64,000 nt of DNA from Dehalococcoidia bacterium (GTDB lineage: Bacteria > Chloroflexota > Dehalococcoidia > Lucifugimonadales > Australimonadaceae). Positions 19,078 through 28,988 of this stretch are shown here, in pieces. The stretch's first letter is position 1; the number at the start of each line of letters is the position of its first letter. The position numbers and the translations under genes are program-made. The notes beneath the pieces are model-generated. The model made no database searches. It was not told where the DNA came from and saw nothing but the letters and a program-made list of their open reading frames with translations. Where the stretch lies: assembly GCA_965219845.1 (NCBI GenBank), contig CBDCOP010000007.1, positions 236,442 to 300,441 on the forward strand. The letters run 5' to 3'.

Positions 19078-20376
19078 CTAGAGCACCATCCCTGGCAATG
19101 GCCTGGAATGGTGCTCACGGAGGTGCCGCCATGAGGGCGCGGCCATGAACTCGGCCCAGCAGCGGTACATCCACAGTTGGGCGTGCTCGTTGTATGCGAC
19201 CTCCACGCGAGGCGGGCCGAGCTCGTCATCGACGATTACCCCGTACCCGAGCGCCATCGTGTAGTTCAAGTCGTTGCGGCGCGCCACCACGCCGCGCGTG
19301 CCGTCCGTGCTCTGGTCCCAGTTCTCACCGTCGTCCATCTCGAACATGCCTGCAGGGCCGAAGTGACGGTTCGAGTTCCCCAGCTGCGCACGTACCGCCT
19401 CCGGTGGAGCGTTCCTGTCCACCAGCGTCGTCTTCCAGATCTCCATCTTCGCGGGGCCGAGCGGGTTGCGCAGCATCAACTCGCGCGAGCCCGAGTTGAC
19501 GAAGAGATTCGGAAACACGTTCTCATTGGCCCGCGCCACCCTGTTCCGCAACGGCCCCATCCGCTTCTGCACCTCCGGGTCCTTGCGCCAGTACGCAGCG
19601 GGAGCATCGGGGTCGAAGTCGTTGCGGAGATAGTCCGCGTTGAACCCGTGGCCGTACTCCGTCACCACCGTGAAGCCAGGCCTGCCCAGCCCCTGGAGAG
19701 CCACGCGGCGGCCCTCAGGCGTGTTGATGTCGATGCCCCGACCGGCGCCGTGACCGGCGAGCTTCGCGGAGCGGTGCGTGATATTGCCGTGGTACATGTC
19801 GCCGATAGCGTTATCGGCCGCGAACTTCCAGTTCGCGTCCATCTGCCAGCGAACAACGCCGGGCACCACCACCATGTCGCCCTGCTCCAGCAACAGGTCG
19901 AGGCCCCATCGCATGTCGCCGAGGAATTCCTCCAGCGACGGCGCATCCGGGTCGAACGTCCCGAAGATCAGCCCCTTGTAGCTAGCCGCCTGCGCGACCG
20001 GAGGCAAGCCCGGCGCAGCCGTCAGCTTCCCGTCAAGGTCGTACGCCCAGCCGTGGTACGTGCACAGGAATGAAGTTGTATTGCCGGCGTCCGCTCGGCA
20101 GACGGGACTACCGCAGTGCGGGCAACTGTTGATGAAAGCGTTAATCTTGCCCTGGCGGTTGCGGACGACGAATATGGGCTGCTCGCCCATGAATACGTTG
20201 ATATAGTCGCCGGGGTTGGGAAGTTGCGATTCGTGACCGAGATAGAGCCAGCAGCGGGCGAAGACCCGTTCCAGTTCCAACCGATAGATGTCAGGGTCAG
20301 CGTAGATGCGACGACTGACCAGCCCCCTCTCGTGGTCGACAAGGGCGCTGAGTTCCTCTCGCGAGATGGTGGTCAT
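19078..20376 (-). CDS. Rieske ring-hydroxylating oxygenase alpha subunit (copy 6, divergent Rieske domain)
   Basis: CPH...CTYH; catalytic motifs intact; internal deletion after the Rieske motif. Confidence 0.92.
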   Translation of the reverse strand: MTTISREELSALVDHERGLVSRRIYADPDIYRLELERVFARCWLYLGHESQLPNPGDYINVFMGEQPIFVVRNRQGKINAFINSCPHCGSPVCRADAGNTTSFLCTYHGWAYDLDGKLTAAPGLPPVAQAASYKGLIFGTFDPDAPSLEEFLGDMRWGLDLLLEQGDMVVVPGVVRWQMDANWKFAADNAIGDMYHGNITHRSAKLAGHGAGRGIDINTPEGRRVALQGLGRPGFTVVTEYGHGFNADYLRNDFDPDAPAAYWRKDPEVQKRMGPLRNRVARANENVFPNLFVNSGSRELMLRNPLGPAKMEIWKTTLVDRNAPPEAVRAQLGNSNRHFGPAGMFEMDDGENWDQSTDGTRGVVARRNDLNYTMALGYGVIVDDELGPPRVEVAYNEHAQLWMYRCWAEFMAAPSWRHLREHHSRPLPGMVL

Positions 20377-20653
20377 ACGGCTCTCTCCTGGGGGTCGCCT
20401 GCGCAGGCCCGCCACAGCCGACAGTAATACATCTCCAGAGCAAGACTGTTCCGCAAAGTCGTTCCTAGCGGTACTTTGCCATAGCCGGATTCCTGTGTCA
20501 AACGAGACTGGCGATTCGTCGCTTCGCCGAAAAAGGGCTCATGCATGACGGTTTGTCGTACAACAACTGCGTATCCGACTCTCTCTACATTGTGATACTG
20601 CGCAGTCCACGCCGGACCAGAGTGGCATACCGACCAAATTGTGGCTGTCTGCA

Positions 20654-21946
20654 CTACGCATTCAAATCCGCGAGCCCCTGGTTGGGAGGCCGAGGCTTGG
20701 GCGTAAGCAGCATCAGGACCGACCCCACGACAAGCAGCGCGATCGAGGCCCACCACACCGGCAGATAGGAACCCGTGGCGTCGCGGACCATACCCGCAAC
20801 CGGAGCGCCTATGGCCGCGAATGGCAGCGTCACCGCCAGCGATGCTCCCCGGATCGCGCCTATATGCCGCGAACCGAAGTACGACGGCCAGATGAAGTTC
20901 TGCACCACAACGAAACTGGCCGCCGCCAGGCCATTCAGGACCGTAGCGGCGACAGCATATAACACCGTCGTCGCGTATATCGTCGCGAGCACGGACAGGA
21001 CCCTCGGGATGATCGTCGCGCTAGCCAGGTAGCGTGCCTGGAACCGGTCCAGGGCGAAGCCGATGGGCAAGCCCGCGACCACGCTCGCGATGGCTTCGCC
21101 CTGGTACGCGAACCCGATCAGCGCCGGGTCGATCCCACGCTCCACGAAGTGGGGGATTCGGAACAGGCCGACGCTGCTGGTGCTGAACTGAAGCAGGCCG
21201 AGGATCAGGGCAAGCCGCCAGAACGTCGGAGACCTCAGCGCCTGAGCGCGCGTCCATGAGTACTCCGCAGGGGGTGGAGATGATTGCGTGTCATCCGGGC
21301 CCTCCTCGTTTGCAACTGGCGGGTCGCCGTCAGGAAGCAGGCCGTAGTCGGATGGCTGTCGGCGCATGATGAAGAGGCCGACAAAGATCAGCAAGGGGCC
21401 GGCGAACGCGGCGAGGACCAGCCAGGCGGTTTGCCATCCCCACCTGGCGATGAGGAACTGCGTCAGTATCGGAAACACGAAGATGCCCGCAGGAATGCCA
21501 AGAAAAGCTATCGCCATGGCTTGTCCGCGCCGGCGGCGGAACCAGTTCGAGATGGGAACGCTGATGTAGAGGCTCGCTCCGGCGCCCTGGATACCGATAC
21601 CTCCGATGAGCGCGAAGAGGAGAATGAGTTGCCAGCCGTTCGTTATCCGCGAGAATGCGATGAGTACGAGGCTGGCGACCACGCCGGTCACAACCAGCGG
21701 CACGCGCGCGCCGAACCGGTCGAGGATCCTCCCGAGGACGAAGCCGGATGCCGCGAAAGCGAGCATGCGAGCCGTGAAGGCCCAGCCGAAGAACGACTGA
21801 TCGATACCCAACTCTTCACCCATGGGAATGATGAAGAAGCCGAAATTGAGACCGGCCATGGCCGATGCGGCCAAACCGATGAGTGCCGCGCCTGATACGA
21901 TCACCCAGCCATAGAAGATACGGGGTTTGCGCGGCTCATTCAGCAT
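20654..21946 (-). CDS. MFS transporter
   Basis: FYGWVIV start, GRILDRFGAR motif A, about 12 TM. Confidence 0.9.
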   Translation of the reverse strand: MLNEPRKPRIFYGWVIVSGAALIGLAASAMAGLNFGFFIIPMGEELGIDQSFFGWAFTARMLAFAASGFVLGRILDRFGARVPLVVTGVVASLVLIAFSRITNGWQLILLFALIGGIGIQGAGASLYISVPISNWFRRRRGQAMAIAFLGIPAGIFVFPILTQFLIARWGWQTAWLVLAAFAGPLLIFVGLFIMRRQPSDYGLLPDGDPPVANEEGPDDTQSSPPPAEYSWTRAQALRSPTFWRLALILGLLQFSTSSVGLFRIPHFVERGIDPALIGFAYQGEAIASVVAGLPIGFALDRFQARYLASATIIPRVLSVLATIYATTVLYAVAATVLNGLAAASFVVVQNFIWPSYFGSRHIGAIRGASLAVTLPFAAIGAPVAGMVRDATGSYLPVWWASIALLVVGSVLMLLTPKPRPPNQGLADLNA

Positions 21947-21997
21947 TGGTGTTGCGACGATACCATAGGCGCGATGCGCCCGTAGGAGGTTTTGCAG

Positions 21998-23200
21998 ATG
22001 AGGCGAAGCACCGACCGCATCCTGAGCACCCATGTAGGCAGCCTCGTCCGTACGCCCGAGATCGTCGCCGACATGCTGGCGGCGGAGCGCGGCGAAGCTC
22101 CCGACGACCGGACCATCAGCGAACACCTGCGCGAAGGAGTTGCCGACGTGGTCCGCCGCCAGATCGAGGCGGGTGTCGACGTCATCAGCGATGGCGAGTA
22201 CGGCAAGCGCGGTTGGACTCAGTACGTTGCAGACCGCCTCGAGGGACTCGATCTCCAGGAACTTGGGCCCGGTGAAGGGCCTCAGGCCCAGGGCAGCGAC
22301 CGCCAGCGTTTCGCCGACTTCTACGCGACGTACAACCGGCTCGAGCAGACGATATGGATGCCCACGGAGGGGCAGACACCTGCGCGCCAGGGTCGTTCCG
22401 GCTGGGCATGCACGGGCCCCATCCGATACAAGGGGCAGCCCGCCATCCAACGCGACATCGAGAACTTCAAGGCAGCCCTGGATGGCGCAGAGGTCGAGGA
22501 GGCGTTCATGCCCGTCGTCGCTCCATGCAGCGTCGAGACGAGCCGCCCCAACCGCTACTACCCGACCAGTGAGGAGTTTCTGTTCGCGGTCGCCGATGCG
22601 CTCAAGGAAGAGTACCGGGCCATCGTGGACGCCGGTTTCCTCCTGCAGGTGGACGATGCCTGGCTGCCCATGAAGCACAGCATGATGGCGCCGGGCAGCA
22701 CGCTGGAAGACTACCGCCGGTGGGCGCAGGTCAGGGTCGATGCACTGAATGCGGCGCTGGACGGCATTCCGGAAGACAGGGTGCGCTACCACATCTGCTG
22801 GGGCAGCCAGAACGTCCCCCACATGCAGGACGTTCCACTGCGCGACGTCGTCGGACTCGTGATGTCCGTGCACGCCGGCGCGTACTGCATCGAGGCCGCC
22901 AACCCCCGCCACGAGCACGAATGGCAGGTCTGGGAGGACGTCAGGCTCCCGGACGGCAAGGTCCTGATCCCAGGTGTCGTGACGCACTCAACGAACATCG
23001 TCGAGCATCCGGAACTGGTCGCGTGGCGGCTGGAGAACTTCGCCCGGTTGGTTGGACGCGAGAACCTCATGGCGGGCACCGACTGCGGTTTCTCGCAGAA
23101 CTGGAACCTGATCCGGGTCCACCCGTCGGTGCAGTGGGCGAAGCTCGAGGCGCTGGCCGAGGGCGCCCGAATAGCCAGCGAGCGGCTGTGGAGGCAGTAG
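21998..23200 (+). CDS. Cobalamin-independent methionine synthase II family Zn enzyme (paralog 2)
   Basis: STHVGSL, HICWG, DCG; GGAGGT SD. Confidence 0.88.
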   Translation: MRRSTDRILSTHVGSLVRTPEIVADMLAAERGEAPDDRTISEHLREGVADVVRRQIEAGVDVISDGEYGKRGWTQYVADRLEGLDLQELGPGEGPQAQGSDRQRFADFYATYNRLEQTIWMPTEGQTPARQGRSGWACTGPIRYKGQPAIQRDIENFKAALDGAEVEEAFMPVVAPCSVETSRPNRYYPTSEEFLFAVADALKEEYRAIVDAGFLLQVDDAWLPMKHSMMAPGSTLEDYRRWAQVRVDALNAALDGIPEDRVRYHICWGSQNVPHMQDVPLRDVVGLVMSVHAGAYCIEAANPRHEHEWQVWEDVRLPDGKVLIPGVVTHSTNIVEHPELVAWRLENFARLVGRENLMAGTDCGFSQNWNLIRVHPSVQWAKLEALAEGARIASERLWRQ

Positions 23201-23231
23201 GCAGCGTCGTGGTCGGCGCGGCAATCGCGCG

Positions 23232-24428
23232 CTAGGTCCTGAGGTCGGCGTAGGTGCGCGGGCCTTCGGTGTTCAGGTGGAAGTGCGTGATGGCGTTGCC
23301 TCTAACCATCATGAAGAGCTCCCGCTCGTCGACGCCCTCGAATTGTTCATCAGCTTTGGTCATGGAGTTGGGGTAGTCGGAATGGAAGTGGGGCATGTCT
23401 GTCGACCACAGGCACTTGTCGACGCCTATCACGTGGCGCAACTTCACCCCGCTCGGGTTGAAGATGAACCCCCACCAGGTGTGGTCCAGGATGTACTCGC
23501 TCGGCTTTCGGGCGAGCGGCTTGATGTCCAGGAACCGCTCCATCCATGCCATGTGGCGGTCGTATTCGTCATCGACGGTGTCCAGCCAGTGGGGGATCCA
23601 GCCGATCTGGTTCTCGAGGTGACCGATGGTCAACCGTGGGACGCGGTCGAAGATACCCGAGAAGATGAGGGGAAGCGTCCCCCAGCCGCTTCGTTGCGCG
23701 AACTTGTTGATCCTGCGGATGGGGTCCTCCCCGAATGAACTCTCAACCCGATGCGGGTACTTGAACGAAGGCCCCGAACCGGGAACACCCCAGGATAGGT
23801 GGGTCGTAGTCGCAATGCCCGCTTCGACCGCCGCCTCCCAGAAGCGGTCGTCCTCCGGCGCCGGGTATGGCGCGCCGCTGGGGAAGCCCTGTAGCCACAC
23901 CCCCTTGAAACCCGCCCTGGCGCAGTATTTCAGTTCGCGAAGGGCGGCGTTCAAGCCTGAGTCCGGGATAACGCCCATGGGCACCAGTCTCTCAGGCGCC
24001 GCCGAGGCATAGTCCTCGATGCAAAACTCGTTCCAAGCATGGATGATGGACTCGTAGGCCTCGTTGTTGGCCACGCCCCGCCAGAAACCCGGGCCCCCGG
24101 TCCCGGCGAACAACACCTCCGCTTCCAGGTTGTCGCGGTCTTGTTCGAGCAGCCGCTGTTCGGGCGAGCCGGTTCCCGGCGCCTCGTCGTAGGACATCTG
24201 GTGTGCACTGATCCGGTGGTGGTCCCCGCCGCCGGTGCTGATGTCCAGCCCGCTGATCACCAGCGGACGGTTCTCGATGAGGGTGGCAGTGCTGCCGTCG
24301 CTCATGCTTATCCGGCGCGGCGCGCGATCGCGCCACTTCAGCGGCACCCGCTTCGTCCATCGTTCCGGCGACACTTCCATGTGCGAGTCCGCAGAGATGT
24401 AACGGTAGTCGCGATCCGTCGCGTTCAC
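23232..24428 (-). CDS. Amidohydrolase_2 family protein (decarboxylase/hydratase-like)
   Basis: ISADSH, WSTD.PH motifs; AGGAGG SD before GTG. Confidence 0.88.
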   Translation of the reverse strand: MNATDRDYRYISADSHMEVSPERWTKRVPLKWRDRAPRRISMSDGSTATLIENRPLVISGLDISTGGGDHHRISAHQMSYDEAPGTGSPEQRLLEQDRDNLEAEVLFAGTGGPGFWRGVANNEAYESIIHAWNEFCIEDYASAAPERLVPMGVIPDSGLNAALRELKYCARAGFKGVWLQGFPSGAPYPAPEDDRFWEAAVEAGIATTTHLSWGVPGSGPSFKYPHRVESSFGEDPIRRINKFAQRSGWGTLPLIFSGIFDRVPRLTIGHLENQIGWIPHWLDTVDDEYDRHMAWMERFLDIKPLARKPSEYILDHTWWGFIFNPSGVKLRHVIGVDKCLWSTDMPHFHSDYPNSMTKADEQFEGVDERELFMMVRGNAITHFHLNTEGPRTYADLRT

Positions 24429-24534
24429 GGGTATCCTCCTCACAGATTCGTCCTCGGTTCGTTGGCCAGCGTTCGCAATCGCCGGTGGACCGTCTGCAAT
24501 ATACGCCATCCGGCGGTGGAGAGTGAGGAGTGTC

Positions 24535-25320
24535 ATGGCAGGCACATTGGAAGGCAGGGTTGCTATCGTAACGGGCAGCACGCGCGGCATCGGCAAGGCG
24601 GTCGCAGTCGCGATGGCGAGGGACGGGGCACGCGTGGTGGTATGCGGGAGAAGCAGCGGGCCGGACACGGGTGAGGGCGTTGGCTCCATCGAGGCAACAG
24701 TCGCTGAGATCGAGAGCGACGGCGGAGAGGCTATCGGTATCAGGTGTGACATCTCGCGCGAGGAGGATGCAACAGGAATCGTCGCGGGAGCCTTGGAACG
24801 CTGGGGCCGGGTCGACGTCCTCGTGAACAATGCCGCATCACTGTGGCGCCAGGGCCTTCTCAATACCACTCCGGCCAAATGGCGCGAGCTCCTGCACACC
24901 AATCTGGACGGCGTCTACTACTGCACCCACGCCGTGCTCCCCTCGATGATGCAGCAAGGCGGTGGTTCGATCATCAGTCTCACTTCGGGCCGTTCCAACG
25001 CGATCGACGGTAAGACAACGGCATACACGATCGCAAAGACAGGGGTCGAGAAACTCACCGCCAACCTCGCCGAGGAAGTGAGGGAGCACCGGATCGCTGT
25101 CAACGCCGTCGACCCCGGCCCCGTACTCACCAAGGGCGTGATGGACAACATTGAGGAGGAGCGGTACGCCCAGTTCTATGCCATCGACGACGAGCACGTG
25201 AAGATTGTCCCCGCGTGCATGTACCTGGCAGCCATGTCGGCGGACCCTGCGCGGTTCATCACCGGCCAGGTGCTCAAGGCGTCGGAGTACCCGGCGTGGG
25301 TCCCTATAGACACCGCCTGA
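24535..25320 (+). CDS. SDR family oxidoreductase
   Basis: TGSTRGIG, NNAA, YTIAK. Confidence 0.92.
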   Translation: MAGTLEGRVAIVTGSTRGIGKAVAVAMARDGARVVVCGRSSGPDTGEGVGSIEATVAEIESDGGEAIGIRCDISREEDATGIVAGALERWGRVDVLVNNAASLWRQGLLNTTPAKWRELLHTNLDGVYYCTHAVLPSMMQQGGGSIISLTSGRSNAIDGKTTAYTIAKTGVEKLTANLAEEVREHRIAVNAVDPGPVLTKGVMDNIEEERYAQFYAIDDEHVKIVPACMYLAAMSADPARFITGQVLKASEYPAWVPIDTA

Positions 25321-25521
25321 GTCGTACCTTCGCGTCGATTCATCCGTCCCTCTCGCAGACTCCCGGCGCGCCGGCGCGGCAGGTGGTTCACGCCGTGACG
25401 CGCTTCCTGCTAGAATGTTTCTTCGATGCGCCGTGCGCTTCACTTGTGCGCGGCGCATCTTGTGCGACGCGTACGGGCGCATACCCCGCCGTCCCACCTT
25501 CGCAGACCGAGAGACTGGATA

Positions 25522-26880
25522 ATGCTGCGTCAACTGCGCTGGAAATCGCTCCTCGCCATCATCGTCATCGTCGGAGTCGCCGCCGCTGCCCTCGCGGTGC
25601 CGGACTACGACATCCCCGGCATCGGCGAGCGCGGGTCTGACGACATCCTCGGACTGCGCCTCGGGCTGGACCTAGCGGGCGGCACCCAGCTCATCTACCA
25701 GGCCGGAATCGAGGGCGAGGCACCGACGGAAGAGCAGATGGAGGGCCTCGTCGGCACCATCACGCGGCGGATCGACCGCCTCGGCGTGGCGGAACCGTCC
25801 ATCCAGCGCCTCGGCGAGGACCGGCTGCTCATCCAGCTTCCCGGCGTCGAGGACGCCCAGCAGGCGAGGGACCTCATCGGCCAGACTGCACAGTTGGAGA
25901 TCGTCGAGCGCGTCTGCGAGGACGTCAATTGCACCGCCTTCGAGGATCGCCCGAGCGGCCTCACCGGCGGCGACATGGCCCGCGCCTTCCCCAGCACGGA
26001 CCAGACGACGTCCCTCCCGGTCCTGAGCTTCGAGTTGAACCGGGACGCGGCGCAGCAGTTCGCCGAGATGACGCAGCGCATCTTCTCCACGAACCTGACG
26101 GACAGCCCAGACCAGCTCGCGTTCGTGCTGGACGGCGAGGTGTTGGTGTCCGCAATCGTGAGGAGCCCCATCCTCGCAGGCGTGGGAGTCATCCAGGGTA
26201 GATTCACGGCGGACGAGGTGCGGCAGCTCGCGATCCAGGTTGAGTCCGGACGTCTGCCCGTGGACATCGAGGAGATATCCTCCAGCGTCGTTGTCGGGTC
26301 GCTCGGTGCGCAGTCGCTGGATGAGGCGCTCATCGCGGGAGGCGTCGGGCTGCTGCTCGTGCTCCTCTTCATGGCGGCCTACTACCGCGTGTCCGGGATC
26401 GTCGCCGGCATCACGCTCGTCTGCTACATCATCATCGTGCTCGCCATCTTCAAGCTCATCCCGGTTACGCTCACGCTGGCCGGGCTGGCGGGCTTCATCC
26501 TCTCGCTCGGCATGGCGGTTGACGCCAACATCCTCATCTTCGAGCGGCTGAAGGAGGAGTTGCAGATAGGCCGCACCGTGCAGCTGGCCATGCAGATCGG
26601 CTTCAACCGCGCCTGGCCGTCCATCCGCGACGGCAACGTCTCCACCATCCTCATAGCGCTCGTGCTCTTCTTCTTCGGCAGCGGCTCGGCGAACTCGGCG
26701 GTCACCGGCTTCGCGGTCTCCCTGCTCATCGGCGTGCTCACGAGCATGTTCACCGCCATCTTCATCAGCCGGAACCTGCTGGGCATCGTCGCAGCGACGT
26801 GGCTGCGGCGCTCCGCGCGGCTGTTCACACCGGATGCGGGCAGGCGCGACCGCGCCCCGCAGGCGGGAGGGGGCGGCTGA
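25522..26880 (+). CDS. secD: Protein translocase subunit SecD
   Basis: LGLDLAGG, GMAVDANILIFER. Confidence 0.96.
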   Translation: MLRQLRWKSLLAIIVIVGVAAAALAVPDYDIPGIGERGSDDILGLRLGLDLAGGTQLIYQAGIEGEAPTEEQMEGLVGTITRRIDRLGVAEPSIQRLGEDRLLIQLPGVEDAQQARDLIGQTAQLEIVERVCEDVNCTAFEDRPSGLTGGDMARAFPSTDQTTSLPVLSFELNRDAAQQFAEMTQRIFSTNLTDSPDQLAFVLDGEVLVSAIVRSPILAGVGVIQGRFTADEVRQLAIQVESGRLPVDIEEISSSVVVGSLGAQSLDEALIAGGVGLLLVLLFMAAYYRVSGIVAGITLVCYIIIVLAIFKLIPVTLTLAGLAGFILSLGMAVDANILIFERLKEELQIGRTVQLAMQIGFNRAWPSIRDGNVSTILIALVLFFFGSGSANSAVTGFAVSLLIGVLTSMFTAIFISRNLLGIVAATWLRRSARLFTPDAGRRDRAPQAGGGG

Positions 26881-27827
26881 TGCGCATCGCCAACTACCGC
26901 AAGCTGTTCTTCGCCGTCTCCGCGCTGCTCGTGCTTCTCTCCGCGGGGTCGCTCATAGCCTTCCGGCTGAATCCTGGCATCGACTTCACCGGCGGCGCAG
27001 CTATCACCGCCGTCTACGAGACGGACGTCTCCTCCTCCCAAGTCGTGGATGCGCTCACCCGCGTGGGTCAGCCTGACGCCATCGTGCAGGGCGCGGGTGC
27101 CAACACGTACTTCATCCGCCTCGGCATACTGGAGCTGGACGAACGCGATGCAGCAGGAACCGTGGTGGGGCGCGGCGACGAGTCCCGCGTGCGTGACGCG
27201 CTCGCGGACATCGGCCCTGTTGAGATCAGCTCGTTCGACTCGGTCTCCGGCGTCATCGGCTCTGAGAACGTGCGCAACGCCACCATAGCCGTCATCGTGG
27301 CCTCGCTCGTCATCCTGCTCTACGTGACGTGGGCGTTTCGGCGAGTGCCCTCGCCGTTCCGCTACGGCGTCGCCGCCGTGATCGCGCTCGTGCATGACGT
27401 TTTCATCGTGCTGGGCGTCTTCTCGGTGCTGGGAGAGACGATCAACTTGGAAGTGAACGCCATGTTCATCACCGGCGTGCTCACCACCATCGGCTACAGT
27501 GTCAACGACACCATCGTCGTGTTCGACCGCCTGCGGGAGAACGTCGCCCGCTACACGGGCGCGACCACGCGCGAACTCGTGAACCTGAGCGTCCGCGAGA
27601 CGATAGCCCGCTCGCTGAACACGTCCATCACCCTCATCGTCGTGGTCGTCGCGCTGCTTCTGTTCGCAGGCCCCCCGATACGCCCGCTGCTCTACGTACT
27701 GCTGGCGGGCGTCACGGTGGGGACGTACAGCTCCATCTTCATCGCGAGCCTCTTACTCGTCTCGTGGGACGAGGGCGAGATCGGCCGCTTCTGGCGCCGC
27801 GTCCGTTTCAGGCGCGCCCCGGCGTAA
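26880..27827 (+). CDS. secF: Protein translocase subunit SecF
   Basis: GIDFTGG, GYSVNDTIVVFDR; coupled to secD. Confidence 0.96.
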   Translation: MRIANYRKLFFAVSALLVLLSAGSLIAFRLNPGIDFTGGAAITAVYETDVSSSQVVDALTRVGQPDAIVQGAGANTYFIRLGILELDERDAAGTVVGRGDESRVRDALADIGPVEISSFDSVSGVIGSENVRNATIAVIVASLVILLYVTWAFRRVPSPFRYGVAAVIALVHDVFIVLGVFSVLGETINLEVNAMFITGVLTTIGYSVNDTIVVFDRLRENVARYTGATTRELVNLSVRETIARSLNTSITLIVVVVALLLFAGPPIRPLLYVLLAGVTVGTYSSIFIASLLLVSWDEGEIGRFWRRVRFRRAPA

Positions 27828-27934
27828 CAGGCCTTCCTCCGCGCATCACCGTTACTTTCCTGGCTATTCCCGCGCAAGCGGGATTCTCGTATCCATTGAG
27901 TACCGTTTGTGGCGAGCCTGTCGAACCACGAACC

Positions 27935-28900
27935 CTACGGCCGCAGCACCACCCGTCCCACCACCTCGCGGCCCTTGACCATGCGGTAGGCACGCATCAC
28001 TGACTCGGCGGAGAGCGGCAACTCCTCGTGAACGAGCGGCGTCACCTGCCCGCTTGCCGCGAGCGACATCGCTCGCTCCACGTGCCGCCGCTCGACGCCC
28101 AGGCTCCCCACGAGCGTCAGCTCCCGGAAGACCGCCTCGGCGGGAGCGAACGGCGCGGCATCCGGCGACGTCTGACCCACCAGCGCGATGCGCCCGCCGC
28201 GCCGCATCGCCGTGACGAGCCGTCCCAGCGCCACGCCTGTCGTATCAAGCGCGGCATCCGCGCCTACGTCGCCGGTCAGCGCGGCGACAACCTCCTCCCA
28301 CGGCTCGTCGTCGAGCAGGACAGCGTCGAACCAGGGCTCGCTCGCCAGCAGCCGCGCCTTCTCCGGCGACCCGGTGATGCCGATGACGCTCGCGCAGAGG
28401 GTGTGCGCGGCCTGCGCAGCGTGCGCGCCGACACCCCCGCTGACCCCGGTCACTACAAACGTCTCGCCCTCAGTGACCCCGCACGATTCGAGCGCCTTCA
28501 GCGCGACGCCGATGGGCGAGGCGAGTAATGCGCCCCCAGTTGCTGCAACGCCCTCTCCCAATGGAACGAGCGATTCCACAGGCGCGGTCAACATCTCCGC
28601 GAACCCGCCGTCGCGCCGATGGCCGATGTCGCCAGGCATGACGACGGCCTCGGTCTCCACGAGACTCGCTGGCACGCCATCGCCGACGCCGCAGACGACT
28701 CCGGCCACCTCGTGGCCGAGCACGCGCGGCAGTGTAACGCCACGCCGAAGCGTGCCCTCCATGATGAGCGCGTCGTGGTGGGAGAAGCCGCAAGCCGTCA
28801 CGCGCAGCAGTGCCTCGCCGGGGGCAGGCTGCTGGTCGGGCAGGACGGCGTCGCGCAAGCGTGGCTCAGCTCCGGCTTTGTCGAGGATAACGGCGTGCAT
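27935..28900 (-). CDS. MDR/zinc-binding alcohol dehydrogenase-like oxidoreductase
   Basis: GHE motif, Rossmann GVSGGVG, C-terminal GRVVL. Confidence 0.85.
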   Translation of the reverse strand: MHAVILDKAGAEPRLRDAVLPDQQPAPGEALLRVTACGFSHHDALIMEGTLRRGVTLPRVLGHEVAGVVCGVGDGVPASLVETEAVVMPGDIGHRRDGGFAEMLTAPVESLVPLGEGVAATGGALLASPIGVALKALESCGVTEGETFVVTGVSGGVGAHAAQAAHTLCASVIGITGSPEKARLLASEPWFDAVLLDDEPWEEVVAALTGDVGADAALDTTGVALGRLVTAMRRGGRIALVGQTSPDAAPFAPAEAVFRELTLVGSLGVERRHVERAMSLAASGQVTPLVHEELPLSAESVMRAYRMVKGREVVGRVVLRP

Positions 28901-28988
28901 GGGACGATTCTAATGCGCCCCTGTGCCGGAGCGTGTACGTCGACTGCTTGGCGACGGGTGTACGATGTGCGCGTACAGGAGGTGCATC

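Noticed and set aside
8640-20376. Rieske copies as pure assembly duplication
   Set aside because: Each copy has distinct termini, distinct catalytic loops and scattered synonymous differences.
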